From an uncultured Gammaproteobacteria bacterium (GTDB taxonomy: Bacteria > Patescibacteriota > Microgenomatia > Levybacterales > GWA1-39-11): a stretch of DNA of 64,000 bases. Location: positions 15,369 to 79,368 of the forward strand of contig CAYRUR010000005.1 in NCBI GenBank assembly GCA_964427615.1. The letters are read 5' to 3'. Below, in pieces: positions 38,919 to 48,695 of this stretch. Each line of letters begins with the position of its first letter. Position 1 is the first letter of the stretch. The notes beneath the pieces are model-generated. The model made no database searches. It was given only the letters and a program-made list of their open reading frames with translations, and was not told the DNA's origin. A program made the translations under genes and the position numbers.

Positions 38919-40217
38919 ATGAGAACAACGGGAAGATTAGGGTGGTATGTTACTATTATTTATGCGACAATTCCTGCTGTTTTACTAAGTGTTACTTCTT
39001 CATTTGTTTTTGATTTTTCTTCTGTTGCAGGAACGTTAAATACTCTGGGAAGAGTGTCTGCTCTTACAGGACTTGCGTTATTTTCACTTGCTTTTGTATT
39101 AAATACACGTGTTTCTTTTTTAGAAAACCTGTTTGGAGGTTTGAATAAAGTATTTATTGCTCATCATATTGTTGGTAGTTTTGCTTTTGTTTTTCTGCTT
39201 TTTCACCCTCTTTTTCTTGTCTTGAGCCTTGCCTCTTTTTCTGTTGATGCTGCTGTACAGCTTATTATTCCTGGGGTAAACATTGTAACACTTGGTATTG
39301 TTGGACTTTCTTTACTGACCTTTTTTTTAGTAACCACTCTGTTTTTTAAGCCTCCCTATCATATTTGGAGATTTATCCATCAATTTATAGGCATTGCCTT
39401 TTTCTTTGGTGCTGCCCACGCGCTCTTTATACCAAGTGATATTGCTTCAAACCTGATTGTTAGATACTACATGCTTTTTCTGGTAGGGTTGGGAGTAGTT
39501 TCTTACTTTTACAAAACTGTTTTTGGTAGGATTACCATGCAGCAAAAAGATTTTGTTGTAAAAGAGATTAATTGGTTAGATAAAAAGGTGGTTGAGATAA
39601 CGCTTGCTCCTGTGAAAGAAACCTTGCGCTATAAGCCAGGCCAGTTTGTGTTTCTCTCCTTTATGAATAGCTCTCTGAGTAAAGAAGCACATCCTTTTTC
39701 AATTACTTCTTCTCCAAAAGAATCTTTACTAACAGTAGTGATTAAAAAATCAGGTGATTTTACTAGGAAACTTGATATGTTAAAAGTAGGAGATGGGGTA
39801 AAGGTGGAAGGTCCTTATGGCAAATTTACCTATGCTGATTTTCCTAATAGAAAACAGGTATGGATTGCTGGAGGCATTGGTATTACTCCATTTATCAGTA
39901 TGATAAAGGATGTGAAGAACAACAGGTACGACATTGATTTGTTTTATGTAACATCTACCAAAAGTGATGCTGTTTATTTGAAAAAAATGAAACGTTTAAC
40001 ACAAGAGAAAAAAGGAGTAAAAGTATACCCTTTATTTACCGCTACTCAGGGTAGACTGACGGTTGAAAAAATAAAAAAATTAAGTGGAGTGGATATCAAA
40101 GACAGAGAAATATTACTCTGTGGGCCTTTACCCATGATGCAGCATATTAAAAAACAGCTACAGCTGCACGGAGTAAAGACATACCGTATTCATTCAGAAG
40201 AATTTGAATTAGCATGA
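38919..40217 (+). CDS. NOX/ferric-reductase family membrane flavocytochrome (ferric reductase TM domain plus FAD- and NAD(P)H-binding domains)
   Basis: Two bis-His pairs spaced 13 residues apart (AHHIVGSFAFVFLLFH; IHQFIGIAFFFGAAH). FAD motif HPFSITSSP; NAD motif WIAGGIGITP. Confidence 0.75.
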   Translation: MRTTGRLGWYVTIIYATIPAVLLSVTSSFVFDFSSVAGTLNTLGRVSALTGLALFSLAFVLNTRVSFLENLFGGLNKVFIAHHIVGSFAFVFLLFHPLFLVLSLASFSVDAAVQLIIPGVNIVTLGIVGLSLLTFFLVTTLFFKPPYHIWRFIHQFIGIAFFFGAAHALFIPSDIASNLIVRYYMLFLVGLGVVSYFYKTVFGRITMQQKDFVVKEINWLDKKVVEITLAPVKETLRYKPGQFVFLSFMNSSLSKEAHPFSITSSPKESLLTVVIKKSGDFTRKLDMLKVGDGVKVEGPYGKFTYADFPNRKQVWIAGGIGITPFISMIKDVKNNRYDIDLFYVTSTKSDAVYLKKMKRLTQEKKGVKVYPLFTATQGRLTVEKIKKLSGVDIKDREILLCGPLPMMQHIKKQLQLHGVKTYRIHSEEFELA

Positions 40218-40337
40218 GCAAACGATTTATAAAAACAATTGTGGCCATTACACTATTTCTTTTTATAGCTACTATTGCAGGAGTGATATTAGCAAGTTTT
40301 CTGCAATAGAGGTGGCAATAGTGTACAATAGGGCAAT

Positions 40338-41333
40338 ATGTTAGTGGACGATGTAACAATAACAATAAAAGCAGGGGATGGAGGAAAAGGAGGAATGGCT
40401 TTTCGTCATACTGCAGGAACTATCAAAACGCCTCCTGATGGAGGTAATGGGGGCAGAGGAGGAGACATCTATTTTGAGGCATCTCATGATGTTTCTGATT
40501 TGAGTGAGTTTCGATTTAAAAAGAAAATAGAAGCAGAGGATGGTGAATCAGGAAGGCGCAATAATCAGTATGGAAAAGCAGGAGAGGATATAACAGTAAA
40601 AGTACCTATAGGTACTACAATAGAGGATATCCATACGGGTGATGTTGCAGAATTGGATAAGCAAGGGGATAGATTTTTGGTAGCCAGAGGAGGCAGAGGT
40701 GGTTTGGGTAATAGGGAGGTCAATAAACGAGGACGTAGTAACCCTGAAGTTTTACGTTTGGAAGAGGGAGAGCCGGGAGAGGAGAAAGAAATACATCTGG
40801 TTTTAAAGCTTATCGCTGAAGTAGGTTTGGTAGGGTTTCCCAATGCTGGAAAAAGTACACTTATTAATGCATTGACCAGATCAAAATCAAAAATAGGGGC
40901 GTATCCTTTTACCACTCTTGAGCCTCAATTGGGTGTGATGGATAGTATTGTTTTGGCTGATATTCCAGGACTTATTGAAGGAGCATCAAGTGGAAAAGGT
41001 TTAGGAATTCAATTTCTAAAACATATTGAGAAAACAAAATTGTTGGTGCATTTGATAGATGTAACGAGTGAAAACCCTTTTGATGCTTATATGCTTATTA
41101 GAAATGAGTTTAAAGAATATGGGGGAGTATTACTGGAAAAACCAGAAATTGTTGTTCTTACCAAAACGGACTTAGTAAATGAGAACGAGCTTTCAGAAAA
41201 AAAAGAACAGTTACAAAAAACAGGAAAAGAGATTACTACTTTGTCTGTGTATGATGAGAAGAGTTTGGAAAAAATAAGAACTTTGATACAAGAAAAAGTT
41301 AATGTGCTTCGACTGGAAGAACCTACCGTATAG
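40338..41333 (+). CDS. obg: GTPase Obg/CgtA
   Basis: MLVDDVTITIKAGDGGKGGMAFRH (Gly-rich Obg fold), then G domain GFPNAGKSTL. Confidence 0.9.
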   Translation: MLVDDVTITIKAGDGGKGGMAFRHTAGTIKTPPDGGNGGRGGDIYFEASHDVSDLSEFRFKKKIEAEDGESGRRNNQYGKAGEDITVKVPIGTTIEDIHTGDVAELDKQGDRFLVARGGRGGLGNREVNKRGRSNPEVLRLEEGEPGEEKEIHLVLKLIAEVGLVGFPNAGKSTLINALTRSKSKIGAYPFTTLEPQLGVMDSIVLADIPGLIEGASSGKGLGIQFLKHIEKTKLLVHLIDVTSENPFDAYMLIRNEFKEYGGVLLEKPEIVVLTKTDLVNENELSEKKEQLQKTGKEITTLSVYDEKSLEKIRTLIQEKVNVLRLEEPTV

Positions 41334-41359
41334 CTTATCTCATATTTCCTCAATACTTT

Positions 41360-42091
41360 ATGACAGAAAAAAATGCACAGAATACCATTAGACTTGATAA
41401 ATACCTAGCAAGTCTGGGTGCTGCTTCGCGTAGAGGTATTGCTGTTTTCTTGAAAAAAAAGAGGGTAACCATAAATGGGCAGCGAGTTTTGGAGCCTGGT
41501 ATACGTCTTGATCTTGCAAAAGACAGAGTTAGTATCAATGGGCAAGAGGTAAAACAACCCAAGTACGTATATATTATGCTTAACAAACCCAAAGGCGTTA
41601 TTTCAACTGCCTCTGATGAATATGGTAGAGAAAATGTTACGCAGATGGTAGAGGTAAAAGAAAGAGTTTTTCCAGTTGGTAGATTAGATAAAGATACCAC
41701 AGGGCTTATATTACTTACCAATGATGGAGAAATAGCAAATAAAATTACACATCCCCGGTACCATATGCCAAAAACATATCAACTGCTTATTGCAGGGAGT
41801 GTTGCAAAAGAAAAGATTCGGATATTACGAGAAGGAGTAGATTTAGAAGATGGAAAAACAGCTCCAGCAAAAGTATCAGTAGTGAAAGAGTTAGATGGAA
41901 AGACAGTTTTGCGAATGGTATTGTATGAGGGAAGAAAAAGGCAAATCAGAAGAATGTGTGAAGCATTGCATATTCCTTTACTGGAGTTGAAACGTATTAG
42001 CATAGGTCCTGTACTGTTAAAAAATCTGAAAGTAGGCAAGTGGCGATATTTATCTGAGAAAGAAACTGCTGATTTAAAGAAATCTTTATAA
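41360..42091 (+). CDS. rluB: 23S rRNA pseudouridine synthase (RluB/RsuA family)
   Basis: S4 domain IRLDKYLASLGAASRRG; catalytic GRLDKDTTGLILLTNDG. Confidence 0.8.
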   Translation: MTEKNAQNTIRLDKYLASLGAASRRGIAVFLKKKRVTINGQRVLEPGIRLDLAKDRVSINGQEVKQPKYVYIMLNKPKGVISTASDEYGRENVTQMVEVKERVFPVGRLDKDTTGLILLTNDGEIANKITHPRYHMPKTYQLLIAGSVAKEKIRILREGVDLEDGKTAPAKVSVVKELDGKTVLRMVLYEGRKRQIRRMCEALHIPLLELKRISIGPVLLKNLKVGKWRYLSEKETADLKKSL

Positions 42092-42130
42092 TACTATTTT
42101 AGAGTTATTGAATACAATTTATTTACGTAT

Positions 42131-42790
42131 TTATGGAGCATGTAAAGCAGTAACAACTACTCTTTTTGTATAATCTTTTTGAACGGTATCATATATGCCC
42201 CCACAGGTAATGAGGAAAAGTTTTGAACTTATTTCATTTGATCCAAAAATATACTCGAGTGGCACTTCATTTGTGTTATAGGAAGTGGTATCGGTTACGA
42301 CAAATTTGTACATTTTGTTATTTTTATCCTTGATATAGATCAAGTCTCCAGTCTTTAACATTTTTATTCCATAAAATACAGAGGGTTTTCCGGTGGGGGT
42401 ATCAACATGTCCATTGATAACTGCATTTCCTATTGCTCCTGGAATACTGCCTGGCTGATACCAGGCAACATTGTAAACATTTTTAGGTACATCCATAGCT
42501 CCTTTTTTATCAATTCCAACCTGCTCTACAGATGCCTGTATTCTCAGACTAGGAATAATAAGTTGCGAAGGAGTACCTGGAGTTGCTTCTGAGGAAACGG
42601 TAATAGGACTTATTAACGTGTAAGCTTCTGTAGGAAACTGAGTAAGAAGGGTACCAAAAAGGAGCCCTGTGATAGAAAAAATAATAACAGTGAGGGCGTA
42701 GACACATTTTTTCATAGTACTGTTGTAAGCAGAATACAATGCACTTGCAAGCAGTGCACTGTATTCTCTATGTTCATAGTCTAGAGACAT
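42131..42790 (-). CDS. sortase-family transpeptidase
   Basis: N-terminal TM, conserved His (INGHVDT) and TLxTC-like active site (LFLITCGG). The first ATG abuts the stop of the upstream small ORF (TAG-ATG); an alternative start is MKKCVY at 42715. Confidence 0.65.
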   Translation of the reverse strand: MSLDYEHREYSALLASALYSAYNSTMKKCVYALTVIIFSITGLLFGTLLTQFPTEAYTLISPITVSSEATPGTPSQLIIPSLRIQASVEQVGIDKKGAMDVPKNVYNVAWYQPGSIPGAIGNAVINGHVDTPTGKPSVFYGIKMLKTGDLIYIKDKNNKMYKFVVTDTTSYNTNEVPLEYIFGSNEISSKLFLITCGGIYDTVQKDYTKRVVVTALHAP

Positions 42791-43003
42791 CTATCCTTGC
42801 CCAAAACCAGTAGTAGGTGGTCTTACAGGCCTCTCAGTTGGTGTTGGAGTAGTATCTCGGTCTCGATCTTGGGTGGGTGTTGGAGAAACTCGTCTTGTAT
42901 CTTCTGTTGGTGTCGGTGTTTGTGTTTGAGCGTTTACGATCACAGTTGCTGCAAAAAAAGATACTACTAAAGACAAAACTGATATTGCTAAAATCTTTCG
43001 CAT
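42791..43003 (-). CDS. small secreted Pro/Thr-rich protein (70 aa) encoded immediately upstream of the sortase
   Basis: Strong SD (AAGGGGGTGA) 4 nt before ATG 43003. Signal peptide MRKILAISVLSLVVSFFAATVIVNA, then a TPTPT-rich mature region ending TTGFGQG. No LPXTG. Confidence 0.5.
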   Translation of the reverse strand: MRKILAISVLSLVVSFFAATVIVNAQTQTPTPTEDTRRVSPTPTQDRDRDTTPTPTERPVRPPTTGFGQG

Positions 43004-43156
43004 AAAATCACCCCCTTTCATACATGTATTGAGTAATATAGAGTCTTTCTATAAAAGCAGAGTTAAATACGCGTAAGAATAAAATAATAAATGTAGAGTG
43101 TTAACTGCTCTGTGATGTAAAATACTTCTTTAAAAGAAAGAGGTAAAAAGGTGCAT

Positions 43157-43399
43157 TTATTTTCTTTCCACTGTAATAGTGCATTCAGTAACGAGTGCAG
43201 CAATTGCTCCGATAGCTGCTAGGAAGGGTGCAAACACAGCTCCTACCATGCCAATAGTCAATGGAAATTCCGCGATTGTTTTTCCTTCTTTATCACTAAT
43301 AATTATCCTTCTAACGTTCCCTTCCCTAATAATCTCCTTTACTTTTTGGATAAGTTCCTCTCCTTTTACGGTAAATGTTTCTTTTTTACTTTGGTTCAT
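43157..43399 (-). CDS. DUF4342-like protein
   Basis: VKGEELIQKVKEIIREGNVRRIIISDKEGKTIAEFPLTIGMVGAVFAPFLAAIGAIAALVTECTITVER. Start taken at MNQSKK. Confidence 0.55.
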   Translation of the reverse strand: MNQSKKETFTVKGEELIQKVKEIIREGNVRRIIISDKEGKTIAEFPLTIGMVGAVFAPFLAAIGAIAALVTECTITVERK

Positions 43400-43480
43400 A
43401 TTGCTACTTTTATCTTCCTTTGAAGAGGCATTATAAATGAAAAAATAAGTTATACAGTAAGAAAGGTGCAAGTATTTTTA

Positions 43481-43819
43481 TTATAGAAGTTCTTGTAAAA
43501 CTACCGCATTGTTATGTTCTTCATCTTTGGCAGCATACACTAGTGTTACTTTTTTATTCTCAGCTACTATTTTTTTTATTTCCGCAAAGGCTTCTTTATT
43601 ATGTTGTATTTCTTCTTGGTACTTTTTTTTGAATGCATCCCATTTTTTGGGGTCATGGGAGAACCATGTTCTTAACTCATTACTGGGAGCAATATCTTTG
43701 AGCCAAAAGTCTATATGTGCTTCTTCTTTTGATACTCCTCGGGGCCAGAGTCTATCAACTAATACCCGTACCTCATCATTTGGTGTGTAGGCTTCGTATA
43801 TTCTTTTTATCTGAATCAT
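43481..43819 (-). CDS. DUF488 family protein
   Basis: [53 protein letters not shown]. Confidence 0.7.
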   Translation of the reverse strand: MIQIKRIYEAYTPNDEVRVLVDRLWPRGVSKEEAHIDFWLKDIAPSNELRTWFSHDPKKWDAFKKKYQEEIQHNKEAFAEIKKIVAENKKVTLVYAAKDEEHNNAVVLQELL

Positions 43820-43882
43820 AGGTAAATGAGAAGGAAATAGCTTATTTTATTTAGTATAGCATGAATTTTGGCCTGTGTGATT

Positions 43883-44716
43883 TTAATGTCGTACACTACT
43901 TTTAACTGTTTCTAAATCTTCTAAATTTACTTTTAGTAATTCTTTATTTATTTCTTTCCCTAAAAATAATTGCACAGTATTAACTGTTTTTTCAGATAAG
44001 TCAGTCACATAGAAATAACGTTCTGGATTAATTGTTGTGTTATTGAGTAAGCGTTTTTCTGTTAATATGTTTTTTAATTTTTGTGCAGTCGGTATTGCTG
44101 AGTCAATGATAGTTACTTTTTCTCCTATTACTTTTTGAATAGTTTGTTTTAGCAAAGGATAGTGAGTACATCCTAGATGAAGGGTATCTATGGTATGAGG
44201 TAAATCAGATAAGTAGTGTTGTGCTGTTATATATGCAATTTCACTTTCACCCAAGCCTTCCTCTGCAATGGGAACAAAAAGAGGACATGCTTTAGCATAA
44301 ACGGTTATGTCAGGGTTCCTTTTTTTGATCTCTATTTCATATGTTTGGCTATTAATAGTAGCAGGGGTGCCGAGGATGGCTATCTGGTTAGTTTTTGTAG
44401 TTTGCACAATTTTTTCTGCTGCCGGAGTTATGACTCCTAAAACAGGTACAGGGGATAATGCTTGAAGAGCTTCAAGACATGTTGCCGAAACAGTGTTACA
44501 TGCGACCACAATAATTTTAATGTCTTTGGTTAATAAATAATGAGTGAGTTGAGTGGCAAAGTTGGTAATTATCTCTTTTCCTCGAGTGCCATAAGGGACT
44601 CTGGCAGTATCACCCAGATAGACGATATTTTCGTTGGGAAGAAGCTGCATAATTTCCTTTACTACAGTCAATCCCCCAATACCTGAATCAAAAATACCGA
44701 TTGCTTTGTTTTGCAT
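43883..44716 (-). CDS. murI: glutamate racemase
   Basis: IGIFDSGIGGLTVV...VVACNTVSA...LGCTHYPLL shows the two catalytic Cys motifs. Confidence 0.9.
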   Translation of the reverse strand: MQNKAIGIFDSGIGGLTVVKEIMQLLPNENIVYLGDTARVPYGTRGKEIITNFATQLTHYLLTKDIKIIVVACNTVSATCLEALQALSPVPVLGVITPAAEKIVQTTKTNQIAILGTPATINSQTYEIEIKKRNPDITVYAKACPLFVPIAEEGLGESEIAYITAQHYLSDLPHTIDTLHLGCTHYPLLKQTIQKVIGEKVTIIDSAIPTAQKLKNILTEKRLLNNTTINPERYFYVTDLSEKTVNTVQLFLGKEINKELLKVNLEDLETVKSSVRH

Positions 44717-44763
44717 AATAGCAGTATATCAGATGGTTCTATTTGGGATTATAATAATAAAAC

Positions 44764-45456
44764 ATGACAGTGTTTCATATAAAAATTATTGCTATATTTT
44801 CCATGCTCATTGACCATATTGGGCTTTTTCTTTTTCCAGAAGTTTTTTTCTTGAGAATTATTGGAAGACTTGCTTTTCCGCTTTTTGCCTGGCTCATTGC
44901 AAACGGTGCATTGCACACGTCAAATATAAAAGCCTATCTTGCTCGTCTTTTTGGATTTGCTCTCATATCTCAAATTCCTTATGTACTTATTAGTAGAACT
45001 AATGATCCTTTTTTTTCAGGACTTAATATTTTCTTTACGCTTTTTCTCGGATTGATGGCAATTACCTTGATACGAGATGAAAAAAATACTTTGATTCGTT
45101 TTGCGATAATCATTGTTGCAGCTGTGGTAGCAGAGTTAATTGGGGCTGATTATGGAGCCGCAGGGGTACTTTCAATTATTGCTTTTTATCTTACTTTCAA
45201 AGATATAAAAAAGATGGTGTTTGTACAGACATGTATTTTTAGCCTTTTTTATGTTTTACCAGCAACTATGACTATGATGTATACTTCCTCATCTTCTTTT
45301 ATCCCTCCTCTTGGTCTTTTTCAGATCTTTGCGGTTGTTTCACTTTTGTTTATAGGATTTTATAACAACCAGCAAGGTCCAAAACTAAAATACCTTTTTT
45401 ATTTTTTTTATCCACTCCATTTGCTGGTATTGTATCTTATAAAAGTATTGTATTGA
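44764..45456 (+). CDS. TraX-family membrane protein
   Basis: HIKIIAIFSMLIDHIGLFLF...RLAFPLFAWLIANG matches the TraX family. ~6 TMs. Confidence 0.6.
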   Translation: MTVFHIKIIAIFSMLIDHIGLFLFPEVFFLRIIGRLAFPLFAWLIANGALHTSNIKAYLARLFGFALISQIPYVLISRTNDPFFSGLNIFFTLFLGLMAITLIRDEKNTLIRFAIIIVAAVVAELIGADYGAAGVLSIIAFYLTFKDIKKMVFVQTCIFSLFYVLPATMTMMYTSSSSFIPPLGLFQIFAVVSLLFIGFYNNQQGPKLKYLFYFFYPLHLLVLYLIKVLY

Positions 45457-45487
45457 ATATCTGAAAGAAAGAATTTTAGAGGGATAA

Positions 45488-47797
45488 TTAGTCTCTGGTA
45501 AAAGGAGGAACTAGTCTTCCTGTAGGACTTGCAGTTACATCAGGTAACTCATTCACGGTAGGGGTTGGTGCTTTGGTAGGAGTTGGTATATTGGTGGGGG
45601 TAGGAGTGGGATTTTCTTTTTCATCCTTGTTATCTTCATTTTTGTCTTTATCCTCATCTTTTTTCTCTTCGTCTGGAGTGGGGGTAGGAGTTGGTAGGTT
45701 ACAATCCTTAGTAGGTGCTGTGCCTCTCAGGAAAAATTCAGGGTAGGCAGAAGAGGTTGCGTATTCTGCTTTTAGTCCATTCTCAGAACAGATAAGTTCT
45801 TCAATAACATTTGAGGGACGGGCAAATGTTAAGATAGGTTTTCTTACTAAATAGCTTTCCATGATCTGTCTCCAAATTGGTGCCGCTCCCAGGCTTCCTG
45901 CAACCGAGTCCATTGGCGTATTATCACTATTACCCACCCATGCGCCAACTACAATTTGAGGAGTATAACCAATGGTGAGAGCATCTCGATAATTTTCTGT
46001 TGTTCCTGTTTTTACTGCTGCCTGTCTTGAAAGGGTAAGTGATGAGCCAAACGTATCTTGTCTTACTTTATCATCAGACAAAATAGATGAAATAAGAAAA
46101 GCAATTGATTCAGGCAGTACAATACGTGGATCTTGTTCATGCTGGAAAATAATTTGTCCATTTTTGTTTCTTACTTCGGTAAAAAGCGTATATTCATTTA
46201 AAATTCCCCTGTTAGCAAAGGCAGCATATGCATTGGTCATTTCAATAAGCGGTACTTCTGCAGCTCCTAAGACCAAAGGAAGACCGTAATCAGCGTTATC
46301 TTGTAAGGTAGTAATGCCCAATTCTTGAGCCATATTGATACCATCTCTTACTCCTACCATATTCATTACGTGTACTGCTGGAATATTTAAAGAGTTGGCA
46401 AGTGCATAACGGACAGTTACTTCTCCTCTAAATTTATTGTCGTAGTTGCGAGGTGTATATCCACCAAAACTTACTTTCTCATCTTTGAGCATAGTTGCGG
46501 GAGTTATGAGATGTTCTTCAAGTGCTTTGGCATAGATAATGGGTTTGAAAGAAGAGCCTGGTTGGCGAGGTTTGATAGCCATATTTATTTTTCCGTTTTC
46601 TGTATCCTGCCAGTCATGACTGCCAACCAGTGCTAATACTTCACCTGTTGTTGGGTCTATTGCCACGGCAGCCCCATTTGAAACATCATTTCCGCTTAGT
46701 CTCTGTACTTGGTTTGCTACTACTTGTTGAGCTCTTCTTTGCAAACTCCTATCAAGGGTAGTTTTAACTACAAATCCGGATTGAGCTACTCTTTGCTCAC
46801 CGTATTTTTTAATAAGCTGGTCTTGTACCATGAGAGCAAAATGGACTGCTTCATCATTGATATCTTGCTTTTGTGGATTAAAAACAATTTCAGTTTCTTT
46901 AGCATTTTCTGCTTGTTCTTTCGTGATATATCCTTGTTCTTGCATGAGGTCCAGTATCAATTGCTGCCTTTCAAATGCCCGTTCTTTATCTCCTGAAAGA
47001 GGTGATAGAGCAGAGGGCGCACGGATAATACCAGCAAGTAAAGCGCTTTCTGCAACAGTTAGGTTACTAGTACTTTTTGAAAAGTATCGACGCGAAGCAT
47101 CTTCAATACCAAAAGCTCCTTCACCAAAATACGTAGTATTCAGATACATTTCCAAGATATCATCTTTTGAGTAGCGTCTTTCAAGTTCTATGGCAAGCAC
47201 TAATTCTTGGTATTTTCGCAATAGATTTTTATTTTGTGAAAGAAGCGTATTTTTCATAAGCTGTTGAGAGATAGTAGAGCCTCCTGCTGCAAATCCTTCT
47301 TTTTGGATGTTGGTTTTGATAGCTCTTAGAATACCGTTGATTGAAAATCCGGGATGCTTATAAAAATCTTTATCCTCGACTGCTATGAATGCTTGTTGCG
47401 TATGTATTGGAATAGAGGAAAGGGGAACAGTATTTTTGGTATGCGCCTCAAAGAGAGTAAAAAAAGGAGTCCCTTCTCTATCCAAAAGTACTACTCCTTC
47501 ATTTTTTCTATTCATAATCCTTTCTTTACTAGAGAGATCGCGGACAAAATAAAGGTAAGTAAGAATTGGGGTTATGATAAGGATGGCAATCCCTGCAAGG
47601 ATGGCATAGGTAATAGGTTTGCGACTTTTTTTTATAAACTGCTTGATATCATTTCTATTCATATTCTTGAGACGTTTTATATAAATAGGCAATGCTTCTT
47701 TGAAGTTTTTAGCCTTTTGCCAGTAGGCTTTGAAAAAGGGCACCCCGTTTTTCATAGGTATAGTATATATAATAGTTATTGTGCGACTAAAATGCAA
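45488..47797 (-). CDS. class A penicillin-binding protein (PBP1A; glycosyltransferase GT51 plus transpeptidase) with PT-rich and Lys/Asp-rich C-terminal tail
   Basis: GT51 motifs (AFIAVEDKDFYKHPG; GGSTISQQLMKN). Transpeptidase SxxK (PGSSFKP), SxN and KTGT. C-terminal TPTPTPDEEKKDEDKDKNEDN. Confidence 0.85.
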   Translation of the reverse strand: MHFSRTITIIYTIPMKNGVPFFKAYWQKAKNFKEALPIYIKRLKNMNRNDIKQFIKKSRKPITYAILAGIAILIITPILTYLYFVRDLSSKERIMNRKNEGVVLLDREGTPFFTLFEAHTKNTVPLSSIPIHTQQAFIAVEDKDFYKHPGFSINGILRAIKTNIQKEGFAAGGSTISQQLMKNTLLSQNKNLLRKYQELVLAIELERRYSKDDILEMYLNTTYFGEGAFGIEDASRRYFSKSTSNLTVAESALLAGIIRAPSALSPLSGDKERAFERQQLILDLMQEQGYITKEQAENAKETEIVFNPQKQDINDEAVHFALMVQDQLIKKYGEQRVAQSGFVVKTTLDRSLQRRAQQVVANQVQRLSGNDVSNGAAVAIDPTTGEVLALVGSHDWQDTENGKINMAIKPRQPGSSFKPIIYAKALEEHLITPATMLKDEKVSFGGYTPRNYDNKFRGEVTVRYALANSLNIPAVHVMNMVGVRDGINMAQELGITTLQDNADYGLPLVLGAAEVPLIEMTNAYAAFANRGILNEYTLFTEVRNKNGQIIFQHEQDPRIVLPESIAFLISSILSDDKVRQDTFGSSLTLSRQAAVKTGTTENYRDALTIGYTPQIVVGAWVGNSDNTPMDSVAGSLGAAPIWRQIMESYLVRKPILTFARPSNVIEELICSENGLKAEYATSSAYPEFFLRGTAPTKDCNLPTPTPTPDEEKKDEDKDKNEDNKDEKENPTPTPTNIPTPTKAPTPTVNELPDVTASPTGRLVPPFTRD

Positions 47798-47886
47798 AAA
47801 GTGAGGGTAGAATTAGTGTAAGAGACTTAAGTTAAATAATTAATTATTTCTTTTGTCAGTAACATGTAGCGTTTTGAGCTTTTAGA

Positions 47887-48522
47887 TTACCATGTTATAT
47901 CTTGTTCTTGTTGAGATGGGTAGCTGGAAATCCCTTTATTGGTAACAGTGAAAACTTCTCCATTATCAAGTGTCGCTGAAAGTGAATAATTGAGTAGGTC
48001 TTGAGAAGCGGCATAGGTATAACGCTTACCAGATACAGGATCTGTAGGAGGTTGTGAAAGAAGATTTCCTTTTTCATCCTCAATAGCAAAATCAGGAAAA
48101 AGAGAGTCTAATACTTGAGGAAATCTTTTATGCACAGCGTAATACTTTTCAAGGCTTAATTGTAAAGCAGAAACAGTAAGCATTCTTCTTGCATCATTGG
48201 TAAGTTTTCCATCCGGAGTAAAAGCAGGATCATTGGTACTTTCTCTGAAAGGAGAGCATGGAGCTTGCGTAGGAATTTGTGTAATCACGGTTGGTGTAGG
48301 ACCATCAGGTCGGAATAGTATCCCTTGTGGTCTGCTTGGTTCACAAGTTGGTAGAGGTGGGGTAGGCGTATTGGTAGGTTCTTGAGTGGGAGAAATAAGC
48401 GCAGTTGCAGTATCTTTCTTTTCGTTTGATTTTTCTTTGTTTTTATTTAATAGGAAATATCCTCCAGTGATGCTCAAACCAATAACTATTAGGATTGCTA
48501 ATCCTAGTATCATCCATTTCAT
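47887..48522 (-). CDS. membrane-anchored protein with pseudopilin/GspG-like C-terminal region (no prepilin cleavage motif)
   Basis: TM, PT-rich linker, then LQLSLEKYYAVHKRFPQVLDSLFPDF...PTDPVSGKRYTYAAS reminiscent of the type IV pilin/GspG globular domain (DP.G..Y.Y). Confidence 0.4.
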   Translation of the reverse strand: MKWMILGLAILIVIGLSITGGYFLLNKNKEKSNEKKDTATALISPTQEPTNTPTPPLPTCEPSRPQGILFRPDGPTPTVITQIPTQAPCSPFRESTNDPAFTPDGKLTNDARRMLTVSALQLSLEKYYAVHKRFPQVLDSLFPDFAIEDEKGNLLSQPPTDPVSGKRYTYAASQDLLNYSLSATLDNGEVFTVTNKGISSYPSQQEQDITW

Positions 48523-48695
48523 TTTTTGTGATGGTAGCGGTGTGGGAGGTTGTGAAAGAACATTTTGGGGTTGAGGAATATTTTGCTGTTGGAAAACTGG
48601 AGTACTTTCCTGAGAAGGGCTAGAGAAGGAAGATCCATATGATTTTATTATGAAGCTTTGAGCATTATGGTGTCAATTACTATACGAGGATCAAA

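Noticed and set aside
42791-43021. Reading the small PT-rich ORF as a canonical sortase substrate or as continuing through its stop into the sortase ORF
   Set aside because: There is no LPXTG/LAXTG and no C-terminal hydrophobic, positively charged tail. Stop read-through is pure speculation. The first seven codons of the 76-aa track ORF (MKGGDF) are actually the SD sequence.
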